This document shows positions 11,601-24,444 of a DNA stretch of 64,000 nt, piece by piece; the first letter of the stretch is position 1, and each line of letters starts with the position of its first letter. The notes under the pieces are model-generated. The model saw only the letters and a list, made by a program, of their open reading frames with translations. It had not been told where the DNA came from and searched no databases. The stretch spans positions 26,910,001 through 26,974,000 of the forward strand of contig NW_024704742.1 of the NCBI RefSeq assembly GCF_018977255.1. The letters are read 5' to 3'. Source of the DNA: Callorhinchus milii (taxonomy: Eukaryota). The translations under genes were made by a program, and so were the position numbers.

Positions 11601-14600
11601 AGCATTAAAATAATTTATTTTCCTGCTATTGAATCACATTTGTATCGCACTAATTTATGTCACAGCAATTGAATTGAGGTATTTTTCTGTAAATTTGTCT
11701 TATTAAATATATACTGTAGTGCAGATATCCAGTGGTAGCACAAAAACACAATAAACAAAATCTCTGTTTAAAATTAGTACTATATGATACACAAATTCTA
11801 AGGAGCAGATTTAAAGTAAGTCTAGTGTCTAATTATTTCCACTTATCGGTGAGTCAGTAACTCGAGGACATCAATTCAATACAGTGAAATAAATGAATGG
11901 GAGATTAGAATTTTTTTCAGGCATTGCTTCCTATGTGCTGCACATTGCATGTACATTTACAATACAATACGTTTTTCTAATCTGAAGGTATCAATCTCGT
12001 AAAGTTCGGGAGCTCTGGTGGCAGGGTATTCCTCCAAGTGTAAGGGGAAAAGTGTGGCGCTTGGCAATGGGCAATGACTTGAACATTACTCACGGTAAGT
12101 GCTAAGACATATCGGTCATTTTTAGTTTCTGCCTCTTTTTTCAGTTACTACCGATTGTACAAAGTTGGTAGTGTAGCTCGTGGTGCTCGATGCACCATTT
12201 TACTAGTATCTCTAGATCTTCCAATAGAAATTTCAGTAACATAATTGGAAATTTATAGAGCTTTACATAGACTGTACAGCACAGAAATAGCATTTGGCCC
12301 AACTAATGCATGCTTGTGTTTACACTCCACATCAGTCTTCACCACTCCTTACTCAAGCCCATCATTTTCTATTCCTTTCTCCCTCGTGTATATCCAGCTT
12401 CCTCTTAAATGCATCTATACACTGATTCAACACTGCTTCAGGCAGCAAGTTCTACAGTCTCATTACTCTCTGTATGAAGGAGTTCCTCTTAAATTCTCTT
12501 TTAGATCCCCAAGTCGCGATCCAATACTTGTGTCCCTTGGTTGCAGACCCCCAACAAGTGGGAGCAGCCTATTTAAGCTAACTTTTTCGAATGCTTTTAT
12601 AATTATGAACACCTCTATTAGGGCCCCTCTTAAATGCCTCTTCTCTCTAATAATCCTTGCATTCGAAAAAGGCTTAACATCCAGTCTATCCTGATAACAG
12701 TAATATGCCAGCCTTGGTATCATTCTAGTAAATCTACACTGTACTCTTTCCATCGCTGCTGTATCATCCTTGTAGTGTGGTCACCAGAATTGGATACAGT
12801 ACTCCAAATATGGTCTAACCAAGGTTATATACACATTCAATATTACCTCCTCAATTTTATATAATCTAGGCTATAGATAGCTTCATTATTTTTTCTGTCA
12901 AAGCGAATTACTTCATATTTTGCTATGTGTCTGCCCATTCTGCTAGCCTGTTTGTTTTTTGCATTCTTCACTATTTACCACAGCCCAAGTTTGATGTCAT
13001 CTGCAAATTTTGACACAACAATTTCAAAAGCACTGTCACAATTGGGGGCCGACATGTGGTGGTACTCCCTTCGATTTGCGATATATACAAATTTTTCAGT
13101 GCTCTCTTATGATGAGGAACTATCAAGTTTTGGCACACGTTGTGAATGGATGACAATCCCCAATATTTTTAGTAACAAATTTATTAAATTACACAAACTT
13201 GTTTAATTTTTTTTAAAAGACAAATCACTTTATCTTTTCAGAATTGTATGACATTTGCCTATCACGAGCTAAAGACAAGTGCAGATCTCTCAGCATAGCA
13301 ACATCGGATACAGACAATGAAGGTATCATTTTTGAGTTTCTTGTCTCACAGGTCACAGAGGATATTAATTTGAGTTAATTTATAGCACAAGTAACGCCTT
13401 CCTACAGATAGTTTTGCCAATATATTTTAAGCTTATGTTTGTACAGATCTATCAATCACCCAGAAAAGAACGATTGAATATTTTTGGAACTCTTAATACT
13501 TTATGAATGGGGTGGGGGTGAATAGAGTAGATTGATATCCTGACTGCTGAAGGATTAACCTATAGATTGCAACATTCTCAGTATTCTTATAATGTGTCTG
13601 AACCTACAAACTCTGACTTACTCCAGCTATTTTAATTTTAGTGTATCAATAATACACTAAAGTGTGGCAGGTTCTGAACATAGCTCCTCCTTCTATTGTT
13701 GTGAGAACAGACTTGCCAGAGCTGACAGCTCTTCTCTGTCTGCATGATGGAAACTTCACTTCTATTTGGCATTCCACCTATTGCCTAATGCTTGGAACAA
13801 CTGACATTTTCTTACAAGTAATAAGTAGCCCAGGAAATAACACTCATGGCCACCCAGCAGGTTTGTGTCCAGTTTCTCTCTCTACAAGGCATTATTAAAC
13901 CAGGTGCCGAGCTAGAGATCTTATCAATACACACCCAATGAGTTAAAAGCTCAGTAAAATGGTTACTGTCTTGAAAGAAATCCTGTATTTGAAAAAGGAT
14001 GGATCATGGTAGGGAGAATTCTCTCCTGCTACTATGGAAAACAACAGCGTTGATGACTCAAAGAGCCCATCCTTCAAGACCACAAAATTATTAGATATTC
14101 ATTGACTCATTAATAATCCCACCTAGCAACCACACAAACCCATGTTCAGTATTTTGTGGAACAAAAAAATGTGTTTTGTCACTTTTACAGACTCGGGGCT
14201 TTCTGCAGCGGACAGGGAAGCCAGCTTGGATCTCATCAAGTTGGATATTTCTCGCACATTTCCTAATCTTTGTATATTTCAACAGGTAAATGTTTTTATC
14301 TCTTTTAATATTATCAAAATATGCAGTATATCTGGGCATAATAAGGTAGAAGTGCAATATGATAGTCTGTTTAGTAGTGCATGAAAGCTAACCGCCAGTT
14401 AACATTTGACCTATTGTCTTGATAAAAGCACTCCATACGCTTGACAAAAATTGTTTGTGGGACACTGTTGTTTTGACAAACACTGTGTGTCTTTAACTTT
14501 CACAACAACAACAACAAAATTGCATTTATAGAGTGCCTTTTCGTTATCCCCTACTTAGAACTGTGGAGGACAATTTAAATATCTTTGTTTTGATTTTGTA

Positions 14601-17600
14601 ATTTTTTTAAAACATGAAAATAAGTCTCTTGACAATTGCGCAATTGGCTGCTGGGTTTCGTCCACAAAATACAGTCAATTCACTTTGCAATATATTCTGT
14701 GAAGGGCTTTGAGACGTCTAGAAGATATGAAAAGCGCTACATCAAATACAAGGGGTATTATTATTTGTCCTTTTTCGTCGGATTTTTGCCAAAAAGAATC
14801 CCATTGAGACTGTGTTTATTTATTTTATATGTATGTGGTGCAGATACAACATTAACACTAATTTGATTGCTCCTTGTTGGCACAAATTAGCTACCACATT
14901 TGTCTGACAACATTGTATTTCGTATCATACATATTCATTTATGTAAAACAATTTGAGAGGTTTAGTTTACATTAAAGGCAATACATAAGTAGTGTCAGCT
15001 TGGCTCAGTTTGTAGCACTCTCGTGTCTGAGTCAGAAAGATGTGGGTTCAAGCTCCACATTGTGACTTTGAGCTCATAGTCTATGCTGACACTTCAGTGT
15101 GTTTCTGGGTGCGAGTTGCTGCACTGTAAGAGATGCCGTCCTTTGAATGTAACGAAAACACTGAGGTTTCATCTGTCTGTGTCCTGGTCTGCAGCTCAAG
15201 ATAAAATTAGTCATAGACTGCGTGGATGTTTGTGAGGCACTGCTGTGCACAAATTGGCTGCCGTATTTGCTTACAAATACACCATCGCTACATTTTACAG
15301 TAAATCCTGTCAAGCACTTTGTGATATTTTGAACGACACATACATTCTATCCTTTGTATCCTTTGCATACAAATGCATCGTCAACAATATATATTGATAT
15401 AAAAGCAGTCCGTCCTTTGAGGCTCTAACTCATGTGAAGGGCACTTATATGTGTGTGTATATATATATATATATTTACACACACATATATAAATGCAAGT
15501 TGTTACTGTTAAACTAATATCTTATTTATTTTCACAGGGTGGCCCTTATCACGATGAACTTCACAGCATTTTAGGTGCATATACCTGTTACAGACCTGAT
15601 GTAGGATATGTAAGTGATTATTGTGGTGTGCTGAGCAACTCATTTGAATAAGAATTGTAGTACCTAACAATAGTTTTGAGTTTGCTTCTTATAGTTTGAA
15701 GTTTTGAATAACAATGTTTACATTGTGCCCATTGGAGAATGGTAAAGGTGAATTGGTGCTTTTTTTAAAATTGGAGCAGAAGAAATTGAGGGGTGATATG
15801 GCAGATGGCTTTAGGAGGAAATAAATCACTGACAGCAAACTGTAGACATCGAAGTGACCACGTGTTTAACATTGCCTAAAAAAATCAATATTTATGAGCA
15901 ACAATTACAGTGCAGCCCCATGATAATGTGAATTTGAAATTTTGATTAACAGACTTATATATGCTTACATTGTGCCACTGGAGAAAGGTAAAGGTGAATA
16001 AGCAAATTCGCTTATAACACTCTTGTATTGTGGACCCCCCATTGTTTCAAATATGTATAAGACACAAAGAAAACATTCTCAGGAATTACGTATTTGTGGA
16101 GCTTTGCTCTTGGATTTTGTGATTGAGCTCTTGAATTGGATTAGGGCCTTGCTGTGCATTTAGGTATCGATGTACGCAACTTAGCTGTAGCCCAATTCAT
16201 GTTCACTGTTTTCCATCTTCTTTTAAAAGGTGCAGGGAATGTCATTCATTGCTGCAGTGCTGATACTAAACCTGGATACTGCAGATGCCTTTATTGCCTT
16301 TTCTAATTTATTGAACAAACCATGTCAGATGGCATTCTTTCGCGTGGACCATGGCCTTGTGAGTATCAATGAGGAATATACTTAGTCATCGTAGTCACAG
16401 TTTCCATGGTTTGCCTACAAAATACACACTCCACAGTAATATCCTCTGGGGAACTTTGGTATGTTCTCCTGACTTGAAAGGCACTGTGTCAAATATAAGT
16501 ATTATTAAGTATATAATTTTATACTTATGGTGATTGCAGTTGCATTACAAACTGTTCTTCATCTAATACAGGATAACCCCGGTATAACATGCCCTGGTTT
16601 ATCATGGATCCACTTATGGCGCAAGTATGCTTTGAACTTGAGATAAAGCAGAAGGCACACTTTCTGGTGCTTCCAGGTCATCAGATCGCTACTGATGTCA
16701 CTTCCTGTGCAGTTAGCAATGTCAGTGACAAATCGCCTACCTAGCAGGTGCCCTTTTTTTTATTCCCCTCCATTATAAGGCATGGTCTGAAAATATTGAC
16801 CGAAACCACTGTGTTATAACAGGATTGCTCTGTTTATTCCTATGACTGAATCTTGAGTAGTGTAATTAATTAAAATATGAGAACCCAGTATCTTGAAACA
16901 ATTATCAGTATCATTTTTGTTCCTCTAGATGTTGACGTATTTTGCAGCCTTTGAGGTGTTCTTTGAAGAGAATTTGCCACGATTGTTTGCACATTTCAAG
17001 AAAAACAACCTTACCCCAGATATTTATTTAATTGACTGGTAAGCAGTATTTTCAATTCCTTCAAAATATCTAATTAACTGCTTTTGGTTTCCAGGTACTC
17101 TATGACATCCATTCTTAAATTCTCTCTAACCATACTCATAACACAAGCGCTTACATTTATATGATACCATTCACGTAGCATAAAGTCTCAGCTCTTTGGG
17201 TTGGGTTGGATGCCAAGCAAGGGAAACAGGAGAGGTGACTATAGGATTTTTTAAAGTTGGTCAAAGATGGCCTGAGAGAGTTACTCAAAGAAAGTACAGC
17301 TCAGAAATAGGTAATTTGATGGATCCTCCCCTAGTTCCATATCTGGACTTTTCCCTATAACTCTCAACTTTATTCTCTCTCATCCAGTCTTTTTTTTGAT
17401 CATGCATATGGTTGCCACCCCAACACCTGACCATGACAGAGAATTCCACACTCCCAACACTCTGTGAAAAAGCTCCTCCTAATCTCTGTTCTGAACCTCC
17501 AAGTTATGAATTGAAAACTATTAATAGGTGGATGAGAGAGAGAGAGCGTTCCAAACAACAACAACAGCAAAATTGTATAGTACCTTTCACGTCGGGAAGA

Positions 17601-19790
17601 TGTCCCAAGGTTACATACAATGGAACCTGATGAGGACTGCCGTGCAGTGTTTGGTGAAGGTGCAGAGTTTTGGATCAACTGGAGTTTATGGGTGGTGGAA
17701 CTAGGGAGACCAAAGTGCTTTGGAAAAGTCTAGTCGAGAGGTAAAAAAAGGCATCAGTGAGGGTTTCTGTGGCATTTGGTGCTAAATGGAGGTGTGGCAA
17801 AAGTAAAGAGGTGTGGTTTTGGTCAAGAACCAAATGGAAGGAAGGGGAGCTAAGGATTGAACCAAACGCCAAGGTTGTGTACTGGTTTGATGAGTTTGAC
17901 AGAGGGCAGGGAGGTCAGAACTGGAAGTGAGGAGATGTTGGTGGGGCTGAAGAGGGTGTCTTCTGTCTTGTCTATGTTAAGCAGTAAGAAATTGAGCCTC
18001 ATCCTGGTCTTAATATCTTGATAGGTGAGTGAACAATCTTGTTGTTGTTGTTGAACAGAATATCAATGGACATAATTAATCTTTGGCTCAGTTTCCACAT
18101 TCCTACATTGTTTGGCATTGGAATAATAATAGATTCCTATACTTTTGCACAGATTAAGATTTGTTACCTCCTCGAATAAAATACCAAATTACATTTGTAT
18201 AGCACCTTTCACGTCGGGAGGACATCCCAAGGCGCTGGGCAGTCAAGGATTTGAACCCGAGTAGTGGGGGGGTGGGGGTAGTTGGGATCAGGGAGGTTAG
18301 TGGGAAGGGAGGTAGGAGGGTGGCCAAAGGCGCAATCGAAGAGGAGGGTCTGGAGACGTGCCTTGAAGGAGGTAAGGGAGGAGCAGAAAGAGCAGACAGG
18401 TTGACATGGTACAATGCTTATTCTACCAACTTGGAGGTCAGTGCTGACAGTTTTGTATTCTAATACTGGACAGTGTTGATAATCAATTTAGATGAAGCCA
18501 AATACTTGTGCCTATTGTTTTATCATAAACTAGTCTGAATTCTTATTCTCCAATAAAACATACTGTTTTTTGCTTCAGAACAAATGTTACTGAGCAACAT
18601 TTTTCCATTTATTAAATCAATTAATTTTAGAGCATAAGAACATAAGAATTAGGAGCAGGAGTAGGCCATTGGGCCCCTCGAGCCTGCTCCGCTATTCAAT
18701 AAGATCATGGCTGATCTAACTCCACCTACCTGTCTTATCCCCATATCCCTTAATCCCTTTATCCACAAGAAATCTATCAATCTCAGTCTTGAATATGTTC
18801 AAGGACTGAGCATCTACAGCCCTTTGGGGTAGAGAATTCCATAAATTCACTACTCTCTGAGTGAAGAAATTTTTCCTCAACTCAGTGCGAAACGTTTACC
18901 CCTAATTTTAAGACTATGACCCCTGGTTATAGTTTCTCCAACCAGGGGAAAAGGTCTCCCACTATCTATTCTGTCGTGCCCCTTTATAATCTTACAGGTT
19001 TCTAAGCCTAAATTGAGCCTAAATTCCTCAACCTATCCTCATAACTCATCCCCTTCATCCCAGGTGCCACTTAGTGAATCTGCGTTGTACCCCCTCCAAG
19101 TTTTTCTTTAAAAAACACTACCAAGTGAAAATATCAAATTTATTTACACTCAAACATTGCACAATAACAAATATAAATATTCAGTTGCTACTTCAATCAT
19201 GTTAAACCATTGATACGTTATTCTCCATTTCAGGATCTTCACGCTGTACAGCAAATCTTTACCTCTGGACCTTGCGTGTCGTGTCTGGGATGTATTCTGC
19301 CGTGATGGAGAGGAATTCCTTTTCCGAACTGCTCTTGGGATCTTAAAACGTTATGAGGATATTTTGACACCAATGGATTTTATCCACATGGCGCAGTTCC
19401 TGACTAAACTCCCAGATGATGTGGTAGCTGAGGAGTTCTTTGGAGCCATTGCGACCGTTCAGATGCAGAGCAGAAACAAAAAGTGGGCTCAGGTAAGAAA
19501 GATAAAGTGCACTGGACGCTGGGAATCTGTAGTCTATTTATCAGTATCACTGGTGTGGAAATTGTATTTTTAAACTAGAAATTCTAAAGAGTTAGAACCG
19601 AGCAAGTAACTTTTGTTTACTTGTTTGTCAAGGTTTAGCGTCACGATGACAGAAGATGTTCAGCATGAGATAAGTGCCATATTGACATCATAAGTAAAAG
19701 TTTTTTATAATTTTTCAATCTCAGGTCCTGACAGCACTCCAAAAAGACACCAGGGAGCTGGAGAAAGGAAGCCCTTCTCTGAAGCGATGA
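8526..19790 (+). CDS. TBC1D14: TBC1 domain family member 14 (Rab-GAP), 3' part: 11 coding exons joined (8526-8644, 9113-9195, 11443-11560, 11988-12094, 13242-13322, 14191-14285, 15538-15609, 16230-16358, 16929-17038, 19234-19492, 19725-19790); 5' exons not found in the window
   Basis: All introns are GT-AG with compatible phases. The 1239 nt join gives 412 aa plus TGA. Peptides [39 protein letters not shown] (R finger), RPDVGYVQGMSF (Q finger) and the C-terminus [26 protein letters not shown] match recalled TBC1D14 better than TBC1D12. Confidence 0.95.
8700..9100 (+). mobile_element. Degenerate Deu-domain SINE in a TBC1D14 intron
   Basis: Head gcctggcttggttggtagcactc, core ggacattgctgtgcacaaat, tail catatcaaatgcaacaattattatt. 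Confidence 0.65.
9113..9195 (+). CDS. TBC1D14: TBC1D14 exon ([27 protein letters not shown])
   Basis: ctttttccatag acceptor, G|gttaaa donor, phase fits. Confidence 0.93.
9259..9561 (-). mobile_element. Young tRNA-SINE, truncated within the A box
   Basis: Same family as 73-400; similarity stops at gctctaaccac. Confidence 0.9.
9566..10171. repeat. 182-bp direct duplication (9566-9747 = 9990-10171)
   Basis: The two copies read identical by eye from atttatgtttcgcc to ggcatatat. Confidence 0.9.
10062..10243. mobile_element. pogo/Tigger-like MITE with TA target duplication
   Basis: TA-tagtaaactcctgataactcg ... cgagtcatcagcagtttactg-TA terminal inverted repeats; related inverted copy at ~43965-44147. 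Confidence 0.7.
10881..11050. repeat. Unclassified dispersed repeat (second copy ~57767-58047)
   Basis: cttagattt...cgctactc...cctaactcgtaacg...cctccatta...gcactta.cggctgc shared between the two loci. Confidence 0.65.
11443..11560 (+). CDS. TBC1D14: TBC1D14 exon ([38 protein letters not shown])
   Basis: tatacag acceptor, gtgagt donor. Confidence 0.93.
11988..12094 (+). CDS. TBC1D14: TBC1D14 exon ([35 protein letters not shown])
   Basis: TBC N-terminal GIPxxxRGxVW motif, aag acceptor, gtaagt donor. Confidence 0.93.
12260..13080 (-). mobile_element. CR1 LINE, degenerate 3' part
   Basis: [12 protein letters not shown] and [12 protein letters not shown]-terminal motifs. Confidence 0.85.
13242..13322 (+). 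CDS. TBC1D14: TBC1D14 exon ([26 protein letters not shown])
   Basis: tcttttcag acceptor, gtatca donor, phase 1-1. Confidence 0.9.
14191..14285 (+). CDS. TBC1D14: TBC1D14 exon ([31 protein letters not shown])
   Basis: IxxDxxR arginine finger; ttttacag / gtaaat splice sites. Confidence 0.95.
14992..15330 (+). mobile_element. Older Deu-domain SINE
   Basis: gtcagcttggctcagtttgtagcactctc head, gctgacacttcagtg, gatgccgtcctttgaatg, ctgtgcacaaattggctgcc. Confidence 0.8.
15538..15609 (+). CDS. TBC1D14: TBC1D14 exon ([24 protein letters not shown])
   Basis: ttttcacag / gtaagt splice sites. Confidence 0.95.
16230..16358 (+). CDS. TBC1D14: TBC1D14 exon ([43 protein letters not shown])
   Basis: YxQ glutamine finger spans the junction; gtgagt donor. 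Confidence 0.95.
16569..16832. mobile_element. Tigger-like MITE candidate
   Basis: TA-caggataaccccggtataacat ... gtgttataacaggattgctctg imperfect terminal inverted repeats. Confidence 0.5.
16929..17038 (+). CDS. TBC1D14: TBC1D14 exon ([36 protein letters not shown])
   Basis: ttcctctag / gtaagc splice sites. Confidence 0.95.
17554..18030 (-). mobile_element. Degenerate L2 fragment(s)
   Basis: (TTG)n L2 tail; [14 protein letters not shown] resembles L2 RT C-terminus. Confidence 0.7.
18185..18400 (-). mobile_element. L2 3' end fragment
   Basis: acatttgtatagcacctttcacgtcgggaggac tail. Confidence 0.75.
18633..19100 (-). mobile_element. CR1 LINE 3' fragment
   Basis: cataagaacataagaattaggagcaggagtaggccatt is a CR1-type tail. 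Confidence 0.85.
19234..19492 (+). CDS. TBC1D14: TBC1D14 exon ([31 protein letters not shown]...RNKKWAQ)
   Basis: ccatttcag / gtaaga splice sites, RxWD motif. Confidence 0.95.
19725..19790 (+). CDS. TBC1D14: TBC1D14 last coding exon ([21 protein letters not shown])
   Basis: tttttcaatctcag acceptor, TGA at 19788-19790. Confidence 0.93.
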   Translation, partial: VLTALQKDTRELEKGSPSLKR

Positions 19791-21956
19791 CTTGCACACC
19801 TGAACATCTGATGCCATATTCCAGTACATTAAAAATGAAGACCCTTATAAATCAGAAGAATGCAGTTCTTACTGTGAATCCCACCTGTCTTTTGAGTTGC
19901 TTCTGAAATCACTGGAGTTGAACTTAAACAATCTATATACATAATTGAAACCATGGTCGTAGCCTTAAACTCAAATGGCCTCATCTCCTATGCATCAAAT
20001 GTAGTGTTGCTTTATTTGACCTATTTGAAGACCAGCTTGCAACAATCGTACAATGCTGGAGTAATATTTTACTGCTGGTCTCAAATGCTTTTATCCAACT
20101 TTGAATAACCAGCATGTCACGTATATTAGGATAAAAAGAAAAGTTGTATTCACATGAAGATGTGTTTTCTCACATCTACTCTCATTCCTTATGTCATTTA
20201 GAAGAACATGATTTCATTCGTCAAATTTGAAATTTGAAAGCATAACTTCTTAATCATGTTATTAATCATGTTATTCCATGCCACTAAAAATATCAAGAGT
20301 TGTACCACAAAATAGACTATCCTCAAAGTACATCTTTTTTATGGCCGAAACTTCCCGATTTCAATCTGATTCAAATCATTTCATTAAGTTTCCCCAATTT
20401 CACAATTACATTTGTCTTTTTGTAACTCAGTTAATTTTCACTTGCAGTGAATGCATCCCGGTTATTTTGTCTCAAGTTAAACACAGGAACTGTGAATGCA
20501 TCCATTCAAATGACCTTTATGTAACCAAACACTTGGATTCTCTTCCTGGGCCTTCCTGTGCATTAGAGGTAACTACTGTTACTAGGAGAGTCCCACAAAA
20601 AACAATATTAGTGTAATGTTAAACAAAGTGTGTGAAATGCTAAGGTAAAATTCCATCTGTTTCACTAGAAGATTGGTATTTCTGTAGTCTAAAGCATAAA
20701 ATTTAAAAAATATATATATCAGGATTTTAAGTTGGCATTATTTTTATGAAATTTAATCTAGAATAACAATGTCCAGTGATCTTACTCAATAACAGCTATT
20801 GAGAGTAGATTACGAATCATCTTGCAGTGAATTCAATGCAGCTACTGATGTGGTTCAATGAGCTATGATTCGGTGTTAGCTCATCGTGCTGGAAGACAGC
20901 TCCACACACGTGCACTCAAACAAGCACATAGAGTATTGTACTGCTTACCCATCTCCAACTGAGGGTTGTTTCCTGCAATTGTGAAGACCGGACCACTTTT
21001 GCATTGAAAGGCAGATGATTTATAGTAGCAAAGGTTTAAAGGCAAGTTGAAAAGCAAGCTTTCTGTCAGCAGCTGTTGTACTGCTCCTCTGATCATGTTG
21101 CTGCACCAACGATCAACAGATGGTTACTTCTATTTGGAGTGTTGTAATTTTGATTTAATACATTCAGTGATTTGGTTTGGATTCACTCTTTCCTCCTCTC
21201 CTCAAGTACTTAATTGTATTCAGTACTTCATTGTATTCAGTACAAGTGTTTAACTGTATTTAGACGTCCAGAGGATCAGTTTGTGTGAGCGGCATCAGTT
21301 TTCATGGCAGATAATTATCCGTCACCGTGTTCGGTGCGACATCTTCCGTAACATTAATGCAGTGATGAGGCAAAATGCATCTGACAGTTTATTTCAGCTT
21401 CTCCACAGTCTCATATCACTGTTTTGTAACGGAGGGTAAGAGGACTTTGTGGACACGCTGTACAATACTGAAATTATTTGAACCTTTGTTACAACTGATG
21501 CATGTTAGAATGAGTTGCTAAATGGTGGTAATGTACAGTATGTTATAATAGTAGCCGATTGTCCCCAGTAACATGCTGACCTCATGTTACTAGCAAGATA
21601 ACATAGCTGGATTTTGTTCCCTACTGGCAGGATATAGTAGTATCTTTATAGGGTTATCAGATCAACCTCTGCTAAAATGTCTCTAAAACATTGCGTTCCC
21701 AAATAACCTCTTAAAAGACTGAACCCTACATTTGATTTGAACACATATTGATCACACTGCTTGATAATCAAGGTTCAAGTTTTAAACTTGCCATCTCATT
21801 AATTATCCTTTTGCAAAAAAGAAAAACTCAGGTTTATATATACAGATGTGGTGATCTTGACCAAGTCTTGTTATACCTTTGGGTTCTGTGTGTACCCAAC
21901 AGCTTATTTTGGTAAGTGAACAATTTCATACAATAAAGGATGTCTACATCTCTGAT

Positions 21957-21957
21957 G

Positions 21958-21993
<36 letters not shown>
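21957..21993. repeat. (AAT)n microsatellite in the 3' UTR
   Basis: Direct reading. Confidence 0.9.
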
Positions 21994-21997
<4 letters not shown>

Positions 21998-23257
21998 CCT
22001 AGTTTATTCCAGTCTGTGTGAAAGTATTGTGCAGTCTCTTCAAAGAGCTGATGTGACACAAGAGGATTTTAATCAGCAAGAAACGACCCTAACAGTTTTC
22101 TTTTTGGGATGACCTGAGACCTTTCTAGTTTGTATCACATCCTGGAGTGATGTGTGTGACTAAGAGGAGGACGCAATACTAAAATACAGATTGAAACCAG
22201 AGGAAATTTCAAAAATCATTTACATATTAAACTGGAGACCTGGGTGATCAAACTAAATGGCAGGATTTTTTTATTGCGGGTAATGAACAAAACAGACAAG
22301 TAGGTCAAGTTGATGACAAATCGATCCTTCTTTACACATTTTCCTATGACCAAAGAAAAAGAAAATATTGGGTAACACTGTATGATGTGCAGACCCCTGT
22401 GCAGGTCCTTAAGAAGGGCACCTCCCTATAATACATCTTCAGCCCATGAGCAGTCTCTTATTTGGTTGCTTTAGGTATTGAGAACTTGAAATTGGAGGCC
22501 AGTTAGAGAGTGACCCTTTTGCACTTGTTTGTATAACCAAATGCTAGGATTGTTCAGCAATGAGCTATATTTGTGTTTGTACTAGTTTGTAGTTTCATTG
22601 AACATTTTTGTGCATATGGCTGATCATATTCATAAATAACTCCTCTTATGGTGATGTGAACAGTAAAATGCTGCAATAATATATTTGCACAGTTTCTTTT
22701 GAGAATTTATCATGGAATTACACCCATCGGGTGCAGCTAATCTGAGGATTTCTTTCCTTAATTTGATTAAAATTATGGTACTTTTATTTTGGTGGCAACA
22801 ATGCAATTATGTGTATATATTGTTACAGCATAAATTGAAGATTATTTCAGAATGTACAGTCTTAAATATTTGAAGGATGCGTATATCCTATTTTGGAGCA
22901 CCACACTCAATACTCTTTTATTTTGAAAATAGAGTGGTTTTATTTAATGCATTTGCATTTTTGAGCTGTGCATGTCGTGTTTTCACTCCTGGNTTTTTTT
23001 TGCAAACATGACATTTCTGCAGTTTTAAGCTTGGAATACTGTTTTAACCCATTTTAAATGTGTTTTATGATGAATACAATCACTGGAATGTAATTCACAC
23101 AGTGCAAACTTTGCAGAGCAACACGTCTGGCTGCAGTTTTAATAATGGTTCACACCTTATTAATCGCCATAGTACGTCTTGTCTTGGTCTGTAAATGCTT
23201 TTAACTGTGAATGAACAGTGCATATGTTTTATTTGGCTGAATGTGAAGGAAACTGTA

Positions 23258-23297
23258 AATAAACACTGGAATGTCTTTCAATTGCATTGTAAATAAA
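23258..23297 (+). terminator. Tandem polyadenylation signals (AATAAA at 23258 and 23292)
   Basis: Two canonical hexamers at the end of the repeat-free tract; repeats resume just downstream. Confidence 0.55.
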
Positions 23298-23563
23298 ATG
23301 TTTTCTTAAAGTAAATGTATCCGATTGAGGATGTAACTGGACTGAAATGTATCAGTATTTTGGAGGGCATGCATTCACCGAGTTTTAACTTCCTTTGCTG
23401 CTTAATTCTCTTTGACACTACCCGCGTGAAGGACACTATATAAATGCAAACTGCTGTTGTAGTTCAGAAAGGATTTAAACATCAGTTTTATTGAGTCGCA
23501 AACGGATTACCAAAAGAGGCCTATTCTTCGACCAAATATACCTTCCCTTGTTTTAAAATCTCA

Positions 23564-23679
23564 CAGCTGCTGATGGTCAACCATATCCATTGACAGGGCA
23601 CCACAGGCAAGATTATTATGGCAGGCTTGCTTGCCTGTGGATGCGCTGTCAATGGATGTGATTGTCCCAACAGCAGCTG
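23564..23679. repeat. Imperfect ~50-bp-arm palindrome (hairpin)
   Basis: cagctgctgatggtcaaccatatccattgacagggcaccacaggcaag pairs with cttgcctgtggatgcgctgtcaatggatgtgattgtcccaacagcagctg; 18-nt loop. Confidence 0.85.
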
Positions 23680-24136
23680 CATTTTGTTTTCATAGAACCG
23701 TAGAATTATACAGTACAGAAGGAGGCCATTCGGCCATCACGTCTGTGCTGGCTCTTTGAAAAGAGCTATCCAATTCAATCCCACTCCCCCTCTCCCCATA
23801 TCCCTGCAAACTTGTCCTCCCCAAATAATTATCTATTCTCTTAAAAATTATTATTGAATTGGCTTCCACTACCCTTTCAGCCAATGCATTCCAGAACTGA
23901 ACAACTCGCTGCGTGAAATAATTTCTCCTCACCTCCCCTCTGTTTCTTTTAACAACTATTTGAAATCGGTGCCCTCGGGTTACTGACCTGCCCACCAGTG
24001 GAAATAATTTCTCCCTGTTCACCCTATCGAATCCCCTCATAATATTGAAAACTTCTGTTAAGTCTCCTCTTAACCTTCTCTGCTCCAAGGAAAATAATCC
24101 GAGCTTCTCCTGATAACTGAAATCCCTCAATCCTGG

Positions 24137-24444
24137 CTGTAGCTCAGTGGTTAGAGCACTCATTTTGCAAGCGAGAGACCTGAGTTCAATTCCAAGGAGG
24201 GCGAAACCTTGGGCAAGTTTCCTTACTCCACACAGAGCCTAATAATCCTCCAAAACAAAACAATAATAAATTGGTCATTTTCAATCTACGACTATTTGTG
24301 GGACATTGCTGTGCGCAATTGGCTGCCGCGTTCGCCCACAAATATACAGTCAATTCACTTTACAGTGTGTTCTGTGAAGCGCTTTGGGATGTCCTCCCGT
24401 TGTGAAAAGCGCTATATCAAATGCAAGGATTATTATTATTATTA
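24137..24444 (+). mobile_element. Young tRNA-SINE nested in CR1
   Basis: Family match; CR1 sequence resumes after the tail. Confidence 0.9.

Larger units (their letters stand above)
19791..23315 (+). other. TBC1D14: Probable TBC1D14 3' UTR (~3.5 kb)
   Basis: AT-rich, no recognisable SINE/LINE, ends at two AATAAA hexamers. One ambiguous base (n) at 22993. Confidence 0.6.

Noticed and set aside
15718..16000. Short local duplications (also near 6664/6700, 20250, 34037, 47432, 54402, 59112, 60176)
   Set aside because: 12-35 bp slippage-type duplications with no evidence of function.
8526..19790. TBC1D12 as the alternative identity
   Set aside because: [29 protein letters not shown] and the KGSPSL C-terminus fit recalled TBC1D14 better; a phylogeny would settle it.
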